DNA of 64,000 nucleotides from Escherichia coli 042 (GTDB lineage Bacteria; Pseudomonadota; Gammaproteobacteria; Enterobacterales; Enterobacteriaceae): NCBI RefSeq assembly GCF_000027125.1, contig NC_017626.1; one strand, 5' to 3'. Shown piece by piece: positions 61,629 to 64,000 of this stretch (position 1 is its first letter; each line of letters starts with the position of its first letter). The notes under the pieces were generated by a model. It saw only the letters and a program-made list of their open reading frames with translations, ran no database searches and was not told where the DNA came from. The position numbers and the translations under genes were made by a program.

Positions 61629-63475
61629 TTATGGATATTCAAAAGTCATTTACTGAATCAAAAATTTTAAAAGTAGCGATCGTTGACGACGATTTGTCCG
61701 ATTTAATTACTATGGACGATCTGAATACTATAGACAAGGATATTGCCAGTTTGCTTGGTGATCCATCCGATCCTGATTGTGAAAGTTACCATGAACTACT
61801 AGCATCTGAAGGCTATGATCTTGACGAAATAGAAGATCTTGCTCAACCTCTTTCAAATAAATCAATTAGAGAAAAAGCTCCTGAGCGTCTAAAAAATGCG
61901 GCAAATAAAATTATCGAATTTCGTTATGATAACGCCAAGCCAATTAGACGTGTTAAACAATTACTACTGGAAGCTGGCATTTTAGAGGATAATATTCATT
62001 ATTATTTTAGCCCTGAAATACCTAATGAAGAGTTTTATGATCTTTTAGTGATAGATTACTTCTTGGTAAAAAATTCCTCCAAGCATACTTTACCTTTTAT
62101 CAAAAAAATACTCTCAACTCATGAAAAGGCACCAAAGCCTTTACAAGTTATTCTGATGTCGACTTATGAGGCAGAGTTAAAAGCAGAATTCAGGAATATT
62201 CGTCCCGAGATAAGAACTTCAAGCTCAAGAATGAGAATCATGAGCAAACCAATGTCTGATGATGATTTAGTATACTGGCGCTCTGCTTTGTTCCAGTTAT
62301 CTTCAGATCGACAATTTGTCGATGCAGTAGAAAAATTTGTTACTGAAACAATAAGTGGTTTTCAACATGCTGCACAAGAACAAGCTAAAAGATTATGGGA
62401 GCTTGATCTTCAGGCAATGGATATTCTCCATGAAGCTGCAACATCTGATAATGATGATTTTTGCCGCTATGTTGAAGAATGTCTAAGTAGACAATTATTA
62501 ACGGCTCTAGAAGAATGCTCTGGTATAAGAAAATCATTAGGTGTTTTAGGTGAATCATTAATAAAACATAGAGCTAACAACGTAATTGCGCCTGTTACTG
62601 AAATTGGTGATTCGAGGGCGGCAATTAGAACACTAATGAGGAGTATGGAATGGCGTGGGGGAAATACCCCTAGCATGACAGAGTTTAAAGACCCTAAAGA
62701 CAGAGCAAAGTGGATTCAGAAAAATCTGAGATTTGGAATGGTACTAAAATCACCAGATGATAAAAGATGGCTTAATTTAACTCAAGCGTGTGATCTTGCA
62801 CAAACAAAAGAGGATAATTTAAATTCGGTATCTCTCTTGCTTATTAGTGGTTCCTATGCTCGGCCAGTTGGACGTGAGAATGGGCAATCATTAGTGTATT
62901 TGAACACATCATTATCTGATGCAGGTAGTGAGGTTTTGTGTTGGGATGTACGTAATGTTCAAACGCCCTCAATATTTGATTTTGCTCAAACGTTTTATAA
63001 TGGCTGGTCAATTACTGGAGAGCTTCGTCTAGACCAGGCTCAAAGTATAGCTGCTTTATATAGTTCTCGAACTTTAAGGGTTGGTCTTCAAAAAAGGCTA
63101 AGTAGCTGGTGTCTTGATGGTAAAGCTTTATTCATAAACAAATTAAATAACAGCGCTCCAAGTGATAAAATCGAGGGTACGACTATTTCTGGTCATGCGA
63201 TGAATCGTGGTAAACCCGACGAAGTACATATCGATAAAGATAGCATGATAAAGCTTCAAAGAGATTTTCCTAATAGTATTAATAAAATATCTCTGAAATT
63301 ATATATGGGAATGCAGCTAAAGCCTGGTTCAAAAAACCAAGAAGAAGGTATTTTGATTTATTGTGCTGAAAAGCCGGAGAATATAGAATCACTTCGTAGG
63401 GCTATTAATGATAATGATTTTTTAAATCGTGATGTTAATCAAAATAAAGTGGTAATAGCTCTATGGCATAAGTGA
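61625..63475 (+). CDS. Island-encoded 616-aa protein: N-terminal receiver (REC)-like motifs plus C-terminal region of unknown function
   Basis: ATGA start/stop overlap with the upstream gene. REC-like signature KVAIVDDD (D21-D23), LLVIDYFL (D144), VILMST (T180), SKP (K208), with an atypically long insert between the acidic pocket and the putative phospho-acceptor Asp. Residues about 230-616 have no motif I can assign. Confidence 0.55.
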   Translation: MIMDIQKSFTESKILKVAIVDDDLSDLITMDDLNTIDKDIASLLGDPSDPDCESYHELLASEGYDLDEIEDLAQPLSNKSIREKAPERLKNAANKIIEFRYDNAKPIRRVKQLLLEAGILEDNIHYYFSPEIPNEEFYDLLVIDYFLVKNSSKHTLPFIKKILSTHEKAPKPLQVILMSTYEAELKAEFRNIRPEIRTSSSRMRIMSKPMSDDDLVYWRSALFQLSSDRQFVDAVEKFVTETISGFQHAAQEQAKRLWELDLQAMDILHEAATSDNDDFCRYVEECLSRQLLTALEECSGIRKSLGVLGESLIKHRANNVIAPVTEIGDSRAAIRTLMRSMEWRGGNTPSMTEFKDPKDRAKWIQKNLRFGMVLKSPDDKRWLNLTQACDLAQTKEDNLNSVSLLLISGSYARPVGRENGQSLVYLNTSLSDAGSEVLCWDVRNVQTPSIFDFAQTFYNGWSITGELRLDQAQSIAALYSSRTLRVGLQKRLSSWCLDGKALFINKLNNSAPSDKIEGTTISGHAMNRGKPDEVHIDKDSMIKLQRDFPNSINKISLKLYMGMQLKPGSKNQEEGILIYCAEKPENIESLRRAINDNDFLNRDVNQNKVVIALWHK

Positions 63476-63512
63476 TTTGATTTATTGCTAATTTATCAGG
63501 TGTATTATTTTC

Positions 63513-63551
63513 TCAATGTGAGCTAATTATTTCTTTATTAGCTCACATTGA
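63513..63551. repeat. Perfect 15-bp inverted repeat with 9-nt loop (candidate bidirectional terminator or protein-binding site)
   Basis: TCAATGTGAGCTAAT (63513..63527) - TATTTCTTT - ATTAGCTCACATTGA (63537..63551), between convergent genes. Confidence 0.55.
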
Positions 63552-63623
63552 TATCCATTTATGTTAAATGATAAGGGGAAATTGTACTATAAAATATAGA
63601 CCAGATTAATTTACCCCTTCTTT

Positions 63624-64000
63624 TTATTTATGGCAAATTGCGCATGAGCCTCCGCCTTCATCTTCCCCATAAATTTCATCAATATCAATGAGAGTCTCAC
63701 CAGGGCGTAGTGGGTTAATGATTTTTTTCGCTTTGAGTCTGGCTTGCCGCTTTTCAAAATCAGTGACAATTTGAGCAATTCTTTCAGGCTCCTCAAGTGA
63801 CTCTAGTGATTCACCTTTAGTCCAAGTAAAGGGAGAACCATGTTCAATTGCATTTTTTTCATATCGTTTAGCTTCTTCAAATGCCTCTGGGTGACGCTCT
63901 TTTAATCTTACCCACTCAATCTTTTGTTGGAAGAAGCAAAAAGTACAGCCGCTACGTGATCGCCATTCATAATATTTTGGAAGACCAACTCCTGATGAGT
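63624..64000 (-). CDS. Partial CDS (5' end beyond the window), hypothetical protein with C-terminal cysteine motif
   Basis: Open reading frame running from the window edge to the stop at 63624..63626, hand-translated as ...YYEWRSRSGCTFCFFQQKIEWVRLKERHPEAFEEAKRYEKNAIEHGSPFTWTKGESLESLEEPERIAQIVTDFEKRQARLKAKKIINPLRPGETLIDIDEIYGEDEGGGSCAICHK; absent from the ORF track because its start lies outside the window. Confidence 0.4.
   Translation of the reverse strand, partial: SSGVGLPKYYEWRSRSGCTFCFFQQKIEWVRLKERHPEAFEEAKRYEKNAIEHGSPFTWTKGESLESLEEPERIAQIVTDFEKRQARLKAKKIINPLRPGETLIDIDEIYGEDEGGGSCAICHK

Noticed and set aside
59244..63475. Assigning the island two-gene module to a named known defence system (for example a Detocs-type phosphotransfer system)
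   Set aside because: No separate Hpt-like gene is present between the kinase-like and receiver-like genes, the kinase has an additional N-terminal GHKL module, and I cannot run a homology search; naming it would be unsupported.
63611..63796. 61-aa minus-strand ORF from the track (MRSLKELLKLSLILKSGKPD...)
   Set aside because: It overlaps, in a different frame, the longer open frame that runs to the window edge; it is Lys/Leu-rich low complexity with no RBS and is probably spurious.

Overview
The window is an Escherichia coli-type chromosomal segment with K-12-like gene order, running from qorB (ytfG) to ahr (yjgB) and the leuX tRNA-Leu gene, followed by about 6.5 kb of a leuX-integrated island. 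Gene identities come from my recognition of the translated ORFs and their synteny; no database search was run, and all coordinates were refined by hand from the ORF track. The core (1..57522) carries cpdB, cysQ, msrA, tamAB, ppa, the ytfQRT-yjfF galactofuranose transporter operon, fbp, mpl, pmbA, cybC, nrdDG, treBC/treR, mgtL-mgtA, ridA, pyrLBI, bdcAR, argI, rraB, valS, holC, pepA and lptFG, with REP clusters in several intergenic gaps. Three departures from K-12 order stand out: ytfR carries an in-frame TAA at codon 17, there is no chpSB toxin-antitoxin pair between ytfP and ppa, and there is no idnRTODK cluster between yjgR and ahr. The most interesting region is the island downstream of leuX: an intact P4-type tyrosine integrase, then an AT-rich, translationally coupled two-gene operon. 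Gene 1 (794 aa) has an N-terminal GHKL/Bergerat ATPase motif set plus a C-terminal histidine-kinase-like core; gene 2 (616 aa) has a receiver-like motif set and a roughly 390-aa C-terminal region I cannot assign. I propose this as a candidate undescribed two-component-like signalling or defence module; the domain calls rest on motifs read by eye and need HMM and structural confirmation. The island continues past the window end, so its far boundary and full gene content are not visible.
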